Part shown: positions 1 to 13,600 of the stretch, piece after piece
Numbering within the stretch: position 1 is the first letter of the stretch
How the letters are laid out: each line of letters starts with the position of its first letter
Assembly (NCBI GenBank): GCA_013239625.1
Contig: MU057344.1
Span: forward strand, 2,048,276 to 2,112,275
Reading direction: 5' to 3'
From: Lama guanicoe
Taxonomy: Eukaryota
Length of the DNA stretch: 64,000 bases
The notes under the pieces: model-generated
Seen by the model: the letters and a program-made list of their open reading frames with translations, nothing else
What the model was told of the DNA's origin: nothing
The model's database searches: none
Made by a program: the position numbers and the translations under genes

Positions 1-1562
1 GTCCCAGGCCGGGCGCAGGGACGGAAGGCTCAGCCAGGCCCCTGTTCACACCAGAAAGCGGGAAGCTCAGGTCCGCCGGGGCCGTCAGCAATGCCGGGGG
101 CCCTTCTGAAGGGGCGACACCGGCCTGAGGTGGATAATCCACCATCACTAAGCAGGTGACTGCGATGACTGAACACATCCAGAGCTTGAATCCGTGATTT
201 CATGCCGATACTAAGACCTGAGCAAGTACGCTCCCACTGGAAGATACCGGGGACCCAGCCTGTGAGTCTGAAAACCCGTAAACAGTGGGAGAGAACTGGA
301 CGGCCCCCTTGTGCTCCCCCCACACAGCCTGGCCTGGGGACCCAAGGGCAGAGGGGACACCTTTCTGCTTAGAGAAGCATTCTAGCCACCGATGAAGGCG
401 GTGGGGCAGTGCTGGGGCGTTTGGACCCTGCAGCCCCGATGAGGTCACGATCGAGCCTCGAGAGTCACACATCCCTGCCTCCTCGAGGAAGGACCCATGG
501 CCATCCATGAAGTGACCACAGGGGAAACTGATAACTCAGCCCTGTATCTGACCCAGCCTCTAGATCCAACAAGGAGCCCCCACGGGACAGACACCTCCCT
601 CCCTGTGGGAAGGAAGCCACTGAGAGAGCCATCAGCCACCCCCTGGGGCCTCGTCCAGGTGCCGCTGAACAGATCAGCATTGTGCAGTCCCTGGCCCGGG
701 GGGCACTGTCTGGGGAGCTGGGCGGATGCTGCTGCGGCTACGGGACAAGTCCTTCCAGGGCGTGAGGTAACACGACACGCTGTCTGGGGAGCAGGTGACC
801 AGGGCCCCACATGAGGCCAGGCTGGCGGTGAGCAGACAGCTACACGTGGAGGGTGGGGATGTGCGGGTCCCCTGCTTCTCTGTTGGGTACTTGACATTCT
901 CTGAGAAGGGGCAGAGAGGATGAGCCAGGACAGCGGGAGGGCTGGAGGGATGGGTGCCCGGCCCCACGTTGGGCATGAGTCTGTGTCAGGAGAAAGCCAC
1001 GGGCTGGTCTGCACCACCTGCTGGGCTGGGACCAGAGAGCAGAGGCCAGATGCGGCAGGTGGGTGGCAGAGGCAGGGTCCTGGGGGCTGAGCCACTACGG
1101 GCCCCATGGGGCTCGGCATCCCCTGCGGGCACACAGAGCAGGGCGCCGCTGACATGTGAGCCAGAACAGCCATCGCCCCTGATGCCGAGGACGGGCACAT
1201 GAAGGCAGAGGTGGGAGAGGGAGACCCTGCGATGTCAGGCTGGGGCGGGGAGCACCAGGGACCAGACACAAGATGGAGTTTCCAGACTGGCCTGGGCTCG
1301 GCTTTAGCTGTCAAGAGGGGCCAGAGTGTTATGGAATCTGGCCAAGATGCCAGTGAGGCCCTGGCTCGGCGATGAAGGCCAGGCCTGGGAAAACCAAACC
1401 ACTCATGCTTCTACCCCAGGAGGTGGGGTGCCTCCGAGAGACACTAGAGCTGAACCGGCCAGAGAGCCTGGCGAGGTGGGGGCAGAGCCCGTCCACTCCC
1501 CGGGCGCCCGCCATCCTCGTGGTCGCCCCTGGGCTGGGTCCACCCCCAAACAGGCCCCGCAC

Positions 1563-1630
1563 CTCTTCTCCAGGGCTGAAATTCTCGTGGCACAGAGGAC
1601 ACCGGTTTGCTAGCTTCTCGGGTTTGGCAG
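1563..1630 (-). CDS. CEP104: CEP104 exon 20 (68 nt)
   Basis: AKPEKLANRCPLCHENFSPGEE; tttcag / gtgcgg. Confidence 0.95.
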
Positions 1631-4600
1631 CTGAAACGAGTTCAGGAAGACGAGACCTGGTTACTCTTGTGAGACGGGGCCGGGGCCGGGGACGGCGGGT
1701 GCACCCCTGCAGCCCCGCGGACACAGATCCGAGCCCCCCAGCCCCGCTGGCACAGACGCCCGGGGGCTCAGGGGCCGGACTCACGGTTGCAGTCTTTGGC
1801 TTTGATGTGTCTGGGCAGCTCTTCCTTCACAACAGCCTCACTGCAGCGGTGACACTTCCCGAAGCTGGCCTTCTTGTCACACTCCGTCAGCAAATGCTCC
1901 GTCAGGCTGCATATCTCCACCACCTGGGCCCGGAGGGACAAGGCGGTGCTGAGAGCGTGACGGCCCCGCCCTGGGTCCCCGGCCCACGAGCGCCACGAGG
2001 GAAGGGACGCGTGCACACCTGTTCCTGCTGTGGTCCTCGCTGCGCTTTGCTAAAGACCCCACATCCTGCACGTCACGCCACCTCAGCCACATATAAAGGC
2101 CACTGCTGGGGCGGGTGGGGGCGAGGAGCTACGGTTTTACTGACGACCATCCTAGGGGCCTGGAGTGTGGCCGTGGGGTCCCATCCCGGCTCCCTGCCGT
2201 TTCTGGGCACGTCACAGAGACAGGAGTGCAGCAAGATGCTGGGAGAGCCTCTCGCTACTCTGACAGCTTTGCTGGGGGTGGTTCGTACACGCCTGAGAGC
2301 TGAGCTCCCCGCCAAAGACACGTGCTGCCGGAGGGCTACGCGGGGCAGGGCGTCTACACTGCCAGCCAGGGAGTAGCTGCTGTGGGGGCGGGGGGGCTGC
2401 CCATCCACACTCTGCTCTGCAAGCCCAAGCCCCCAGGAGGGGGGAGAAGGGGCCTCCCTGCCAGGCCCCTCTGCTGTCAAAAGGGGGCCGGCTGCCTCCC
2501 AGGAGAGACAAAAGCTGCGGGGCAGAGAAGTTCAACAGGACACGCGAGCACGGAGCACACAGCAGACTGACGAGGTGGACGAGGTTAAAATGCAAAGCTC
2601 CTGACGTCAGAAGGAAGCCCAGCCGCGGGGGCACCCGGCGCACCGGCGGCTCGGCACGCACGTTCCCCGTGCTGAGAGCGACCACGCGTCAGTGAGACCG
2701 AGGCTGCCGCCCAACCCCCCAACGGGCGGGAGCCCAGCAGGGCTTCCCACGGAGGGCAGAGAGGCCGCGGGCACCCGGCCACCTCGCTGCCCAGGAGACG
2801 CGCGGGAGCAGCCCTCCAGCCGGCCGCGGCGCGGGGCACTGCTGGCACGAGGCTGGGGGACGCGGGCACAGCCAGCGCTCCCACGAGTTGGCGGTGCCCA
2901 GCAAAGTGCCATCAGACGCGCGCCGCAGACCCACCCCAGAAGGTCTGCAGCGACACTGCTCAGTGGCCTCGATGTGGACACAACCCGAGTCCCACAAACA
3001 GGAAGGAGGATGGAAACCCTGGATTCAGACGGCGGATGAGACAAAGCAAAGCACCGCACACGTCGGATGACAGGAAGCGGCTGTCCTAAAGCTCAAGAAG
3101 CGAGACGCAGAAACCAGACAGAGAGGGCTCTGGAGGGGACCCTGGGGTTCTGGCCTGGCGGCTGTCACACTGCTGTGTTTGTCCAGTGACGGTTCAGGAG
3201 CTCAGCACCTGTGGCTTGTAGACACTTACACGTGTGTCTTACACCTTCAGAAAAAGTCAGAAAAATCAACCCCTAGCCAAATGGGGCGACAGACGTTCAG
3301 TTGCCCTCCCCACAGCTTTTCCTCTGCAAATACTAAGACCTGGGACGCTGCTGATCCGGCCTTTGGGGAACCGCGCGTCCGGCCTCACGCCGGGGTCGGG
3401 CCGGCCGTGCCCGGCGCCTGACCTGTCTGCAGTGGTCACATCGCGTCAGCATGAGGCAGTGCTTCCAGTAATGGAGATCCAGGCCTTCTTCTGTGAAGGA
3501 TTCGCTCCTCTCCCCGCAGAAAATACACAAACTGAAACAGGACGGGAAGGCCAGAGCTGAGGCACAGCCGGCCTCGCCGTCACCAGGAGCTCGGTGGCCC
3601 TGTCCCCGCAGCTGGAGGGGCCCCCGCGTGGGTGTCTGTGGCCCCGGGGGCGGCTCTCGGGAGGCGAGACGCCTCCTGTGAGTGGAGCTCGCTCGCTCGC
3701 TGATTCCAGCCGCCGTGTCAGAGGCAGCTGCCCCAGCTTCAGGGCTGACAGGGAGGGCCCAGCGGGCACAGGGCATCACGCACGCAGGGGCGCGCTGACC
3801 CGACAGCATCCTCCCGCTTAGCCCTCTGACTGTTCTGTGGCGGAGCAGAGACCTGTACTCACTTATCGAGGTAGCGACTGTCTGGGATTTCTGGAGCACT
3901 AGGTGGGGCCGCTTTCCCTTCTGGAGTGTCTGGAGAAATGAAGAAGAAGGCAATTTAAATAACTTTTTGTAGAAAACAATTTTCAAAGCTTCACTAAGGA
4001 GGCTGATGTGAGGTATAAAGGGACGCCGGGCAGCACGTTTGACACGCAGCCCTGCAGCGGCCGAGCGCGGCCGGCCTCCCGCACCCGTCTGCTGAACGAA
4101 TGAAGGCGGTTTCCACCCAAAGGCCCCTGGCGTGCCCACCACGTACCCGGATCCTGCGCCTTGGCAGCTTCACTTTCTTTCTCCTAAGACACAAGAACAG
4201 AGAGGTCAGGGACAGCGGGCCGCGGTGAGCAGGTCTCTCCACGATCCGTGTCCTTAGGTTTTGTTGGAGAACTTATACCAGGAAACAACACAGCCCTTTG
4301 AAAGAGTCGTCCACATCAAACGTCGGCCGCCCCCTCTGTCCTGCTCTCCCCTGGCCCCACCTCGGGGCTCTGGTCTCCCGACTCCATGGAAATGCTCTGC
4401 AAGGCCACGTACGCGTCCTCCAGGTCACCCGCCCATGGGACATCTCCATGGGCTCCCAGCAGCCATGACCCCACCTCGCCTCTCCTCTGGTCCCTTAGCT
4501 GGGCTCCAGGGTGCAGCCCCCTCCCCTGGTGCACCCTGTACTCAGTCCCCCACCCCCCGCCTGTCTGTACAGACCCTGCCGGAGCTCTCACCCAGTTCCT

Positions 4601-7600
4601 CAGTTGACACCCATCTCTGCGCCGATGACACAGACGTCTCAGCTGTCACCCCAGCCCTCAGTGCCACCCAGCACGTACTTGGGTGTGGAACGTCACCTAA
4701 ACTCCACTTAACCAGACTACCCTCCCGCGTCCCTCCGCGCCCCCTCACAGCCTGCTCTGGGGGTCACGGCCCCTTCGGTGGCCCAGCTACTCAGGCTGCA
4801 ACTTGGGGAGATTGGGACATCTCTCTCCCTCTCCTGGGCTAGCCTGTCCGGACCCTCCCAACCCCACAGGGTCCACTTCGGAACACATGCCGCGTCCAGG
4901 CACTTCACCCAGCCTCCGCTTCCCACGCCCTCCTCCGCCCCAAATCCTAGGGCCAGGTGACCCCGTTACTGCCTCTGGAAGGTGATTAGTTCAAGACCCT
5001 CGACGGCTTTCTAAGTCACCCTCGCGAGTGGTCTCCACTGTCCCCGGCGCTCGCCAAGGACAGAAGGGTCTGGGGCTGAGCCTGACGGTCCGGCTGAACC
5101 ACCTGCTCAGTGCTCTACTCAGTTCCCCCATTTGTACCATAAGGGGAAGGAGAATCACCCACCTGAGGTGAGAACCCGCTGGGACAGGGGTCCAGTGGGC
5201 GTTGGACACTGTCCCCACGCAGCCCATGGGCCCCTTGCCTCCCCTCTTCCATTCCCACTCCTTTAAAGTCACTGACCCGCAGCGTTCAGTGGAAACGTCA
5301 CTGTCACTTCAACACGTACTCAGCACATTTCTCTTTTCTCCGCTCTTATCCATTCACTCCTTTCTAACAAGTGGTGGTCAGAGCTCTTCCCACGAGCCTG
5401 CCCCAGACACCGCTCAGTGTGGCGGCCCGACTCGCTCGTGCACGACCGAGCTTCTGCCCCCTCCTAACTGTCGACTTAAGGAGCTGAGTCACAGAAGTTA
5501 GTGTGATGAGGCCAGTCTACCCTAGAAGCAGGGAAGCTGAGCAGGGACACGTGTGCACTCGAGCACACGCCATCGGACCCCCCACGGACTAGGACCCAGG
5601 GCTTCCGGAGGGGGAACGTTTGTCCAAAGCCTGCTTTTCACTGCAGGGAAGTCAGACCCTCGTGTTCAAGCTTCCTTTCTCCTTGGCCTCTGAAGGGGGC
5701 GGGGAGCTTCCGGGGGGAAACCTGCCATTGCCCTGCACCCCGCGCCCCGGGCTCCTGCCCTCCAGTCCCCAGGTCCCTTTCTCAGCAGTGACGGCCACTC
5801 CCCTCGCCCCCCAGACCCCAGGGGATGAGGGGCGTGCAGATGAGTTACTAGAGGATTCCCTGTATTCACCCCCAAACTAATCCAACAAGCAAGAGAGAGT
5901 GAAGACAGCCCTCGTGCGCCCACGGAGGGCACACCGACACGCGGGGTCGCCCTGACCTGGCCGGCCCGGGCCTGCGCCTGGGCCTGCAGCTCCCTCGGCG
6001 CCGCCGCCTGGCCCTGCAGGGCTGTCACCTCCTCCTTCTTCCGCTTTTCCGCTTCTCCTGTGGCCACTCTCTTCTGCGCCTGGTACAGAATTATTTTTCT
6101 GTTAGAGCTGATTTATTCCTAGGGTGGTCTTAGGAGTCAAGAGACAAGTCGCAGCGCGTCAGTCATGTTTCTCACACGTTGTTACTGTCACTGAGACGAA
6201 CGGCAGAACAGGCCTCACTCACGGACGCTCGCTGTTGCCGGACCCGCAGGTGCCCCCGCAGCCACAGCGCTCCTGCTCGCGGGCAGAAGTGGGCGCCGGC
6301 GTGGGCGCTGCGGGGGGTGTGTTCCCGGACACGCGGCGCCTCCCGTCGGGTCGGTTCCCTCATGCGCAAGTCACTTCTTACGTGCGGGATCGGAGCAAAC
6401 TCTGTGAAGGTGAACTTACCCTAATTTCCGCATCTGTGGGTCGGCCATCGATTTTCGCAAATCCCTCAAAAATGGTTTTATAGAGAACGTTCTTGCGGGT
6501 GGCGCTGTCAGGCGGGGGCAGGTGCTCCAGAACCGCGGCCCGGTGCTGCGCGTACAGGCCCAGGATCAGACGCACCGCCGCCTCGCGGACCTCGGGGACT
6601 CTGTGCTCCAAGGCACGTGCTGAAAACTGAGCATAGGGTGGGGGCCCTTGTTGTCACTGACCCTTAAGATGGCGTGTTTATTTTTCCAGCATGAAAGAAA
6701 CAAGGGTACACGATCAACATCTGAAAAATAAAGCGGCGCCCACAGAGTTGCGGCCATAAAGATACAGTCCTTCCCACCTTCTTTCTTTACACGTGCAGGT
6801 GAGTTCGTGTTGTAGGCACAACTCAGAGTCTTGCTTTTTCTGCTTCAAGCATTAACTACCACTTCCAAAGCTAAATCCTCCCACAAACTTCATATTAAAT
6901 GCCACCCAACGTTTCAACCACAGAGGAGCGGGAACCAGCAGACTTCACTCTCCGCCACCCACAGTACCCGGCGTCACCAGGTGGCCACGTTTGCTTCAGA
7001 CCTGTTTAAAAGTCAGAGCACAGACGCCTGTGCGGGGCCCTGCGGTCCCCCCGGCCCACTGTCTCCTCCTCCTCGGGGGCCTGCACCCGCCAGATGTCCT
7101 CACTGGCTGCCACGCGTGCACATGGGTGTGCGCAGGGTGCGTGTACGCACGCAGACGTTCTGTTCTATCTGACAGATGGCCCACTGTGCTATGGTCCTGA
7201 CACGGCCTCTGACTCAGCCTTCTTTTTTTGAGATCTGCACACGGACAAGATTCATTTCATCCGTTCTTCCTGCTTCAAGTACTTTGGTGTCACGCGGACT
7301 TATCAACGCACCGCCAGCTCCTCTTGCGGTAAATCCACGACCTGGGGGGTCCTCCCTGGGTCAGCCTCACGCACTGGCTTCCTCACTGCCCACGTCATCA
7401 CCTGCCACATGCACTCAGCTCCTACCCCGGACCCTGTCACCCTAACCACTGCCCACCTCCAGGGGCTCCGATCTAAGGATCCACGCCCTCTCCTCCGATG
7501 ATCACACCTCCCTTTCCAGCTCGCTAGTCTGCAGCCCCTCCTCCCCGCACGCCTGTCACTGAGTCCCTCCGGCACGGCACACATGCCCACCCTCAAGTCT

Positions 7601-10600
7601 GGGCCCTCCCTCCTTCCCTGTGATCACCAGCAAAGCAGAGCATGACTGCAGAGCCGGGGGTCGTGCTGGCAGGTTTCACACTGGACTCGCAGCCGCAGCC
7701 ACCCTAGGGGTCCTGGCGTCGTGTGGTGAACTGACCTGTAATGTTTCCTGGGCCTTTTCCCTTCTCAGACGCCCAGGGCAGTGTCCCCCACTTCCTTCTC
7801 GCCTCTCAAGCCCCCACCATCCTCTCGTGGCTTAGAGCTGACCTCCTCTCATTAAGGGGAGGGCTGGTCCCTGCTCTGCTCTGAGCTGGCCCCTCCGAGT
7901 GTGCTCAGAGCCCAATCTGTCAGCTACAGGGGGTGCTTTGTTCCTGCTGTCAAACCCTCACCCCCCTCCCACTCCGATTCGTCTCCTTTTCCCTCCGTCT
8001 GGTTGCATGGCGCTGCACTCAAGTGGACCAGCACAGGGCCGCGTGCCCCACAGTCCAGCCCCTCGTCTTCCTCCCAGCCCCTGCGGTGAGGAGGGCCACC
8101 ACGGTCAACAGAAATGTGGCGGGAATGGCCACTCACAACCCTGGTCACTTTCCTCTCCTCAGGGACCTGGGCGGTCACGTAGGGAGCTGCAACATCACAC
8201 GTGGGGGAGGCCGAGCCCCTGAAGGCCCGCGCAGAGCAGAGCAGCCGACGGCTCTGGCCGCGACAAGGCTGAGCTGCCACCGAAGGGCTCGTGTCTGTCA
8301 CTGTGGCTCAGAGGACTGGAGCCGAGGCTCCTGTCGGGACCCTGACGTGGGCTGTGAACACGGGCGGGCTCTGGTCTCTGGTGGGGAACCGGAAAACCGA
8401 ACATGGAGGCCGGGAAAACGGCGATCCACATCACACAGGGCAAACAGCTGACACTGGGTCACACAGAGAAGGTGGGCCAGGGCTACTGCACTGGTGGTGA
8501 GACAGACGAACGGGCATAATCAGGGGACTGGTGTATCTGGGGAGGATTGGCCGCCTTTGGTGTTTTCACAGCAGAACAAGTCCAGCTCCGGAGAGAACTG
8601 GCAGTCTGCGGCCAGAGTGAGCGAGGCGGGAGGCCAAGCCAGAGAGCGTGTGGCTCGACCTCATGTTAACAGGCGCTCTCCGAGAGCTGGCTGGGAACGG
8701 ACTGAGGGCCCAGAGGGACGTGGAAGCCACCGAGGAGTCTGTGACAACCAGCAGGAAGAGACACAGTGGTGGCTGGTCAGGTTCTGGAAACATATTAAGG
8801 AAGAGCCACGGCACTTGTTGATGGAGGTCTGAGACAAAGGGAGGGGTTGGAGTGGACCCCAACGTCTGTGTCCTGGGCATACCTCCTGCAGCCGGATGGA
8901 GGGGCAGGAGTCCGCTGAGCGGGCAGCGGGAGAGGAGTCCCAGCCGCTCAGGGAGGGGACAGGCCAAGGCCGCAGGTCGGGAGCCCTCGTAAAGCGGCGG
9001 TGCGGCGTGGACGGGACCTCATGGGGACGTGTGTACAGAAAAGAGCAGCCAGGGCCCAGACGCTCACATTGGAGCTGGGAAGTGGAGCGGAGCCACCGAG
9101 GGGCTGAGACGGCGAGGCTGGCGCTGCAGGAGACAGGCCTGGGGCCCCGGGAGCCGAGTGGAGAAGGTGCTTCTGGAGGCTTATTTATCCCAGTGTCTAC
9201 GAGTGAAACAGGCCAGTACTAACAGGCCCCGTGTGCTCCTGCCAACTGAGTCATGTCAGGTCCAAGTCCGGGCTCTGAGTCCGTGCACACGTGGATCAGC
9301 TGCACAGCTGCCTCCTCCCTGGCCACTGGCGGGAACGGGCGCGGGGCTGACGCAGGGCCGGCGGGAACTGACACGGCGGGACCCTCTCATCCGTGTGGCC
9401 CGGGGCCGCACGCTCAGAGCTGTGCTGGCAACGTCTGGAGTCAGGACTAGGGGACCTCTGATTTGACAGGAAATTTCTCCCCTACACCTTCTGAGGCCCG
9501 TTAGGTCGTCAAAGCGCAAAACCTGCGTCTCCTCCTGCAGACCTGACACGCGCTGTGATGCGCTGTCTGAGCTGCACAACCTGCTCCCGTTGGGACAGGG
9601 CTCGGCACGCACCCCGCCCCAGTGTGCGCAGCGCCGGCAGTGGGGGGACCCCAGCGCCCTCAGAGGAACCGGCGTGTCCCTGAGGCCACCCGCCCGCCTG
9701 GCCCAGGCCCCGGCTCGGGGCGCTCACCTTCATCACGCTGTCCACGGTGAAGCCCGCGCCCTCTGCGCCCAGGTCCCTCAGCAGCCGGGCCAGCAGGGCC
9801 GTCTGACTGATCGCCAGGTGCGTGGAAGAGCCGGCTTTTAACGGCTGGACCAAGTAAGCTGGGATAATCTGGAGAGACCTGACCTCCTTACACAGGGCCA
9901 TTTCCTGCAAAACCAACAGAATTTGTTCACTTTCACTGGAGGAAGCTGAGGCAGCTCAGTGCAATTCAGTGTGCGCTCAAAGCAAACAAGGAAGGAAACA
10001 ACAGGGACTAAGCAGGGACAGTGACAAATGGCAGTAAAGCCATTGGTTTCTAAGCTCCTGTTTCTATTTAAGACATAATAACAACTAGAAACAAAAACCT
10101 GCATGACCTGGAGATGAATGAAAGCTTCATAGAAAACGTGATTGAAAACTTAAGATCTCTCTTCTCAGGATTTTCCCAGCCTCAAGAAGAAGAGTTTCTG
10201 ATTTCTAAAGCCCGGAGAGAAGTCAGCTCTGCCGTGAGAACCGCCATCCTGGCGGTCAGGGAGCGCGGGCCCGAGTCCGACGGGGCCGCCGCTCGGGCTG
10301 CCAGGAGTGCTGGGGGTGGGTGAGGGGCGCAGGTACCAGCCCAGTTTTCACATCTCCAAACATGAAACATGTCTCTTTCTATGGTTAAGTCCTTTATCAT
10401 TTAACTACCCAGACACAGAAAAAGAAAAAACTGCTAAAATGTTAAAGAAAAAGACTGGAAACATGACGAAACGCGGATAAAATGAGCTGTGGCACAGGAA
10501 GCAGTCCGCTTCAACGGGGCTGCAGGCCACACCGGCCGCGGTGCCCTCCTGCCTGGCGGCACAGTGAGCTCTCTCTCGGAGCCTGAGAGCGGCTCTGAAC

Positions 10601-13600
10601 CACAGTGAGAGGGGAGGGGGGAGAGCGTCCCTCAGAGCAGTGCGAGCGGTAAACTCCCCGCGGCGCAGGCAGGCAGGCAGGCACGCGCCGCAGACACGGG
10701 GCCTCGGAGTCGGCCGAGGGGAGGCCGGTGCAGGACAAGCATGGACGCTCACGCAGGCGACCCTCAGCCCCACCGATGTCTCAGAGATTCATGGGGCTCA
10801 AAAGTGATGAGACGAAGCCACGCCGTGTCCCACGAGCACCCCAAGCGGTGCTACGTGCGCGTCCTCCCTGAAGACTTACACCCACGAAACGAGGCCAGAC
10901 CGGTGGTGCTTCGTGCTGGAGGGACGAGCCCCTTGAGAGACCGCGGATGCCTTGGATTTCTTCCCAAGAAAGACGTGCCGCTCACAGCACTGTGCGCCAC
11001 ATGTGAAGGGGTTCACAGGCTTTCTGAAGCCCAGACATGAACCTTAACTTAACTTAAGACCTCCTAGACCAGGCGAATTCACTAAAGTACCCTAAACTCT
11101 TAGCCATTTAATTCCATCTCGACATCTCCCCGTGCCCTGGCTAGAGGAGGCGTGTTTGCTGGAAAAATAAGAATATTTAGATCAAGACAGTTACACGTTT
11201 ATTGTTACCTCTTTACCCCATTTCTCTGTTCTGATTTAGTTTTCCATATATTTTTACTTATTTAAAATATTAATAGCCTACACTGAATAAGAGAAACACT
11301 AGAAAAAGCAAACTGTACACTTTAATCGTGTTTAAGGCGAAATTTACCTTCCATAGGACTAAGTGACAGGGAGTCACTAAGGATCACGTGGTGCTCCTGA
11401 GCAGACAGAACCCTGCAAGGTGTGAAGGAAGCCGAGCCCCTGGGGGTGTGTGTGGATCACTCACGGTTTCCGATTTTACGGTGAAGCTCATACCTGAATA
11501 AAATTGGACGCCGTGCTCCGCAGGCGGGCAGAAGTGTCTCCGGTTCTCGCGAGCAGTAGGGGAACGGTTCTCTCCACGCAGTGAGCGGTTTCGAGCTTAC
11601 TCAGCTTGTGTTTGGGGATATACTGCGTGATGATCATCTTCAACAACTTCAGAGACGCCTGGAAGACCTAAGGGAAAAGCGATAAAAAACAGGTGAGCCG
11701 GGACCGCTGACTCCCACCCAAAGTCCGCAGGGGATTCGCCAGTAGTGATAAGCAGGGGCATCATACTGAACATAACACGCGGTCTGGAAACGGCAAACTC
11801 AGCTGCCGTCCGAGCCCGCTTCCTGCAGGGGAGACGCACGCTCCCCTCTCCCGTGTCGTGAGGTCCCCGGAGGCCCCGTGTCTGACATTTCTGCGCACGT
11901 GGCTGAGCCCCGTGTGAATGCAGGCCACCCTGTAATGTGAGGTGCTGACTCAGGGCTCTTTCGGGGTCAGGAACACTTAGCAGTGCCTCCCCAGCTCCCC
12001 ACACTTTACGAAACTCAAACACAAACGGGACGTTTATCAGCCCCGGGGAACCAGGCCTGTGCACCCGTGGGTTCTGAAGAGTGGAGTCATGCCCAGAGGG
12101 ACAGACCCCAGACCCCTCACTGACTGCACTTCCTGCGGGAGACCCTTGTGCCCAGTGACTCCGCCGTGCCAGGGACAACGGCGCTGGGGGCCAGGCTCCC
12201 TCTGGGGCTGCCCTGCCCTCCTGGGCAGGCGCTGGGGTCCCTGAGGGCGGGCGGGGCACTCACTGGGGTCACTATGTCTCGGATGGCCCTTCTGATGAGG
12301 AAGATGGACGCCCGCAGTGTGTTCTTTAAGTCCTCCCTTGGGGTTCCGACCGGCGTCTCCGACAGCTGTTCATACAAGGCCAGCAGCGCGCCTTCCCGGT
12401 GTGACCACGACCTGGAGTAGGCGCCGGCCACCTGCGGGGGTAGGGGCCGCTGCTTCAGGCGGGCGCCAGGGCCACGTCCCCCTAGCTGGCACCTGCAACC
12501 CCGGCCTTGCTTTGTTTCAACCGAAGACGTAGCTTTTCTCTGCCAACTAAGTAGGTGTATTTAGAGAAATACCCTTCCTAATGCGGAGAACTTAAGACCG
12601 TGTCAGAACACGGAATGTGTGAAAGGCTCCAGCACGAGCGACCTTTGGAGGCAGGTGACGCCCTCGTGTCCAGTCCTGCTCTGCGATTGTGCCCCGGGGC
12701 TGGCGGTGCCCACACGCGAGCTGGCATCCAACAGCACAGACACCCGCCTGAAGCGAATGCGCATCAGGAGCCCTTCAGTCTGGCTTACGCACGTGCTGCC
12801 TTGCGTGACCCCCGAACAGCAAGGATGCAGGGCAGGGGGACCCCAGGGACCCAGGGCCCGCCCACCCGCCCGCCTCCCCCTGGCTGGCCTGTGGTTGGTG
12901 GCGCCTGTGCACGTGGCTTCCCCTTTACCAGGGCCTCGCCCAGCACGTCCACGGCAGAGCTGGCCTCTCTCAACGCCTTCTCCGTCAAGGGCTCCGGCTC
13001 GCCTGCGGCGCCCACTCTGGGGGCCTCACTGCCGTCCCTGTCACTCCGTTCCAGCTCCACGGCCGCCACCCCGGGCTGCTGGTGGATCGCGGGCAGAGGC
13101 CGCTCGTCGTAGGGCAGGGACTCGGGCTGCAGGAGGACAGGGTGGCTGCAGGGCTCAGCGCCGTCCTCCCCACCTGCCGATCCGGGTCTGCACCCGCGGG
13201 CTTGCCGCTCTGGACTCACCTGGTCAGAACCAGGGTGTTTTACTAAGCATCAGCCTCATCTGATCAGGACAACTTACACAACAGAGTGACTTTGAAAAAA
13301 GTTACATTAGGGTCACTGTTCCTTCCTAAGCTCAGTATAGACCCAATAGAAGGGCAGCATTGGGGTGGAGCTCAGGGATAGAGGGTGTGCTTAGCATGCA
13401 CGAGGTCCTGGGTTCAATCCCCAGTCCTGTCTCTAAATAAACAAATACATGAGGAAAACTAATTACCCTCTCTGTCCCCCCAAATAAAATAAAATAATTT
13501 AAAAAAGAAAGAAAAAAAGGCAATGTCGACTCGGCCTCGTTACTGTTTATGGGCGCAGGGAGGGCCCCTGCGAGCCGGCTCCCTGGCCTCTGGCCACAGC

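Noticed and set aside
1240-1295. Minus-strand peptide VWKLHLVSGPWC resembling CEP104 exon 21 (AWKAHLMGPAGC, recalled)
   Set aside because: No phase-0 AG acceptor puts it in frame with exon 20, and the similarity stops after a few residues. The true exons 21-22 probably lie outside the window.
445-2376. Long ORFs 445-1314 (-) and 1372-2376 (+)
   Set aside because: Pro/Gly/Ala/Arg-rich shadow ORFs expected at this GC content; intronic or antisense to CEP104, with no recognisable domain.
4380-9000. Possible L2 relics (about 4.4-4.9, 7.3-7.6 and 8.5-9.0 kb; also about 22 and 57.8 kb) and MLT1-like pieces near 45.8 and 58.1 kb
   Set aside because: Too degenerate to place boundaries or assign families without RepeatMasker.
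13361-13440. tRNA-like A/B box sequences here and in five other copies
   Set aside because: A-rich tails, TSDs and degenerate stems identify them as SINEs, not tRNA genes.
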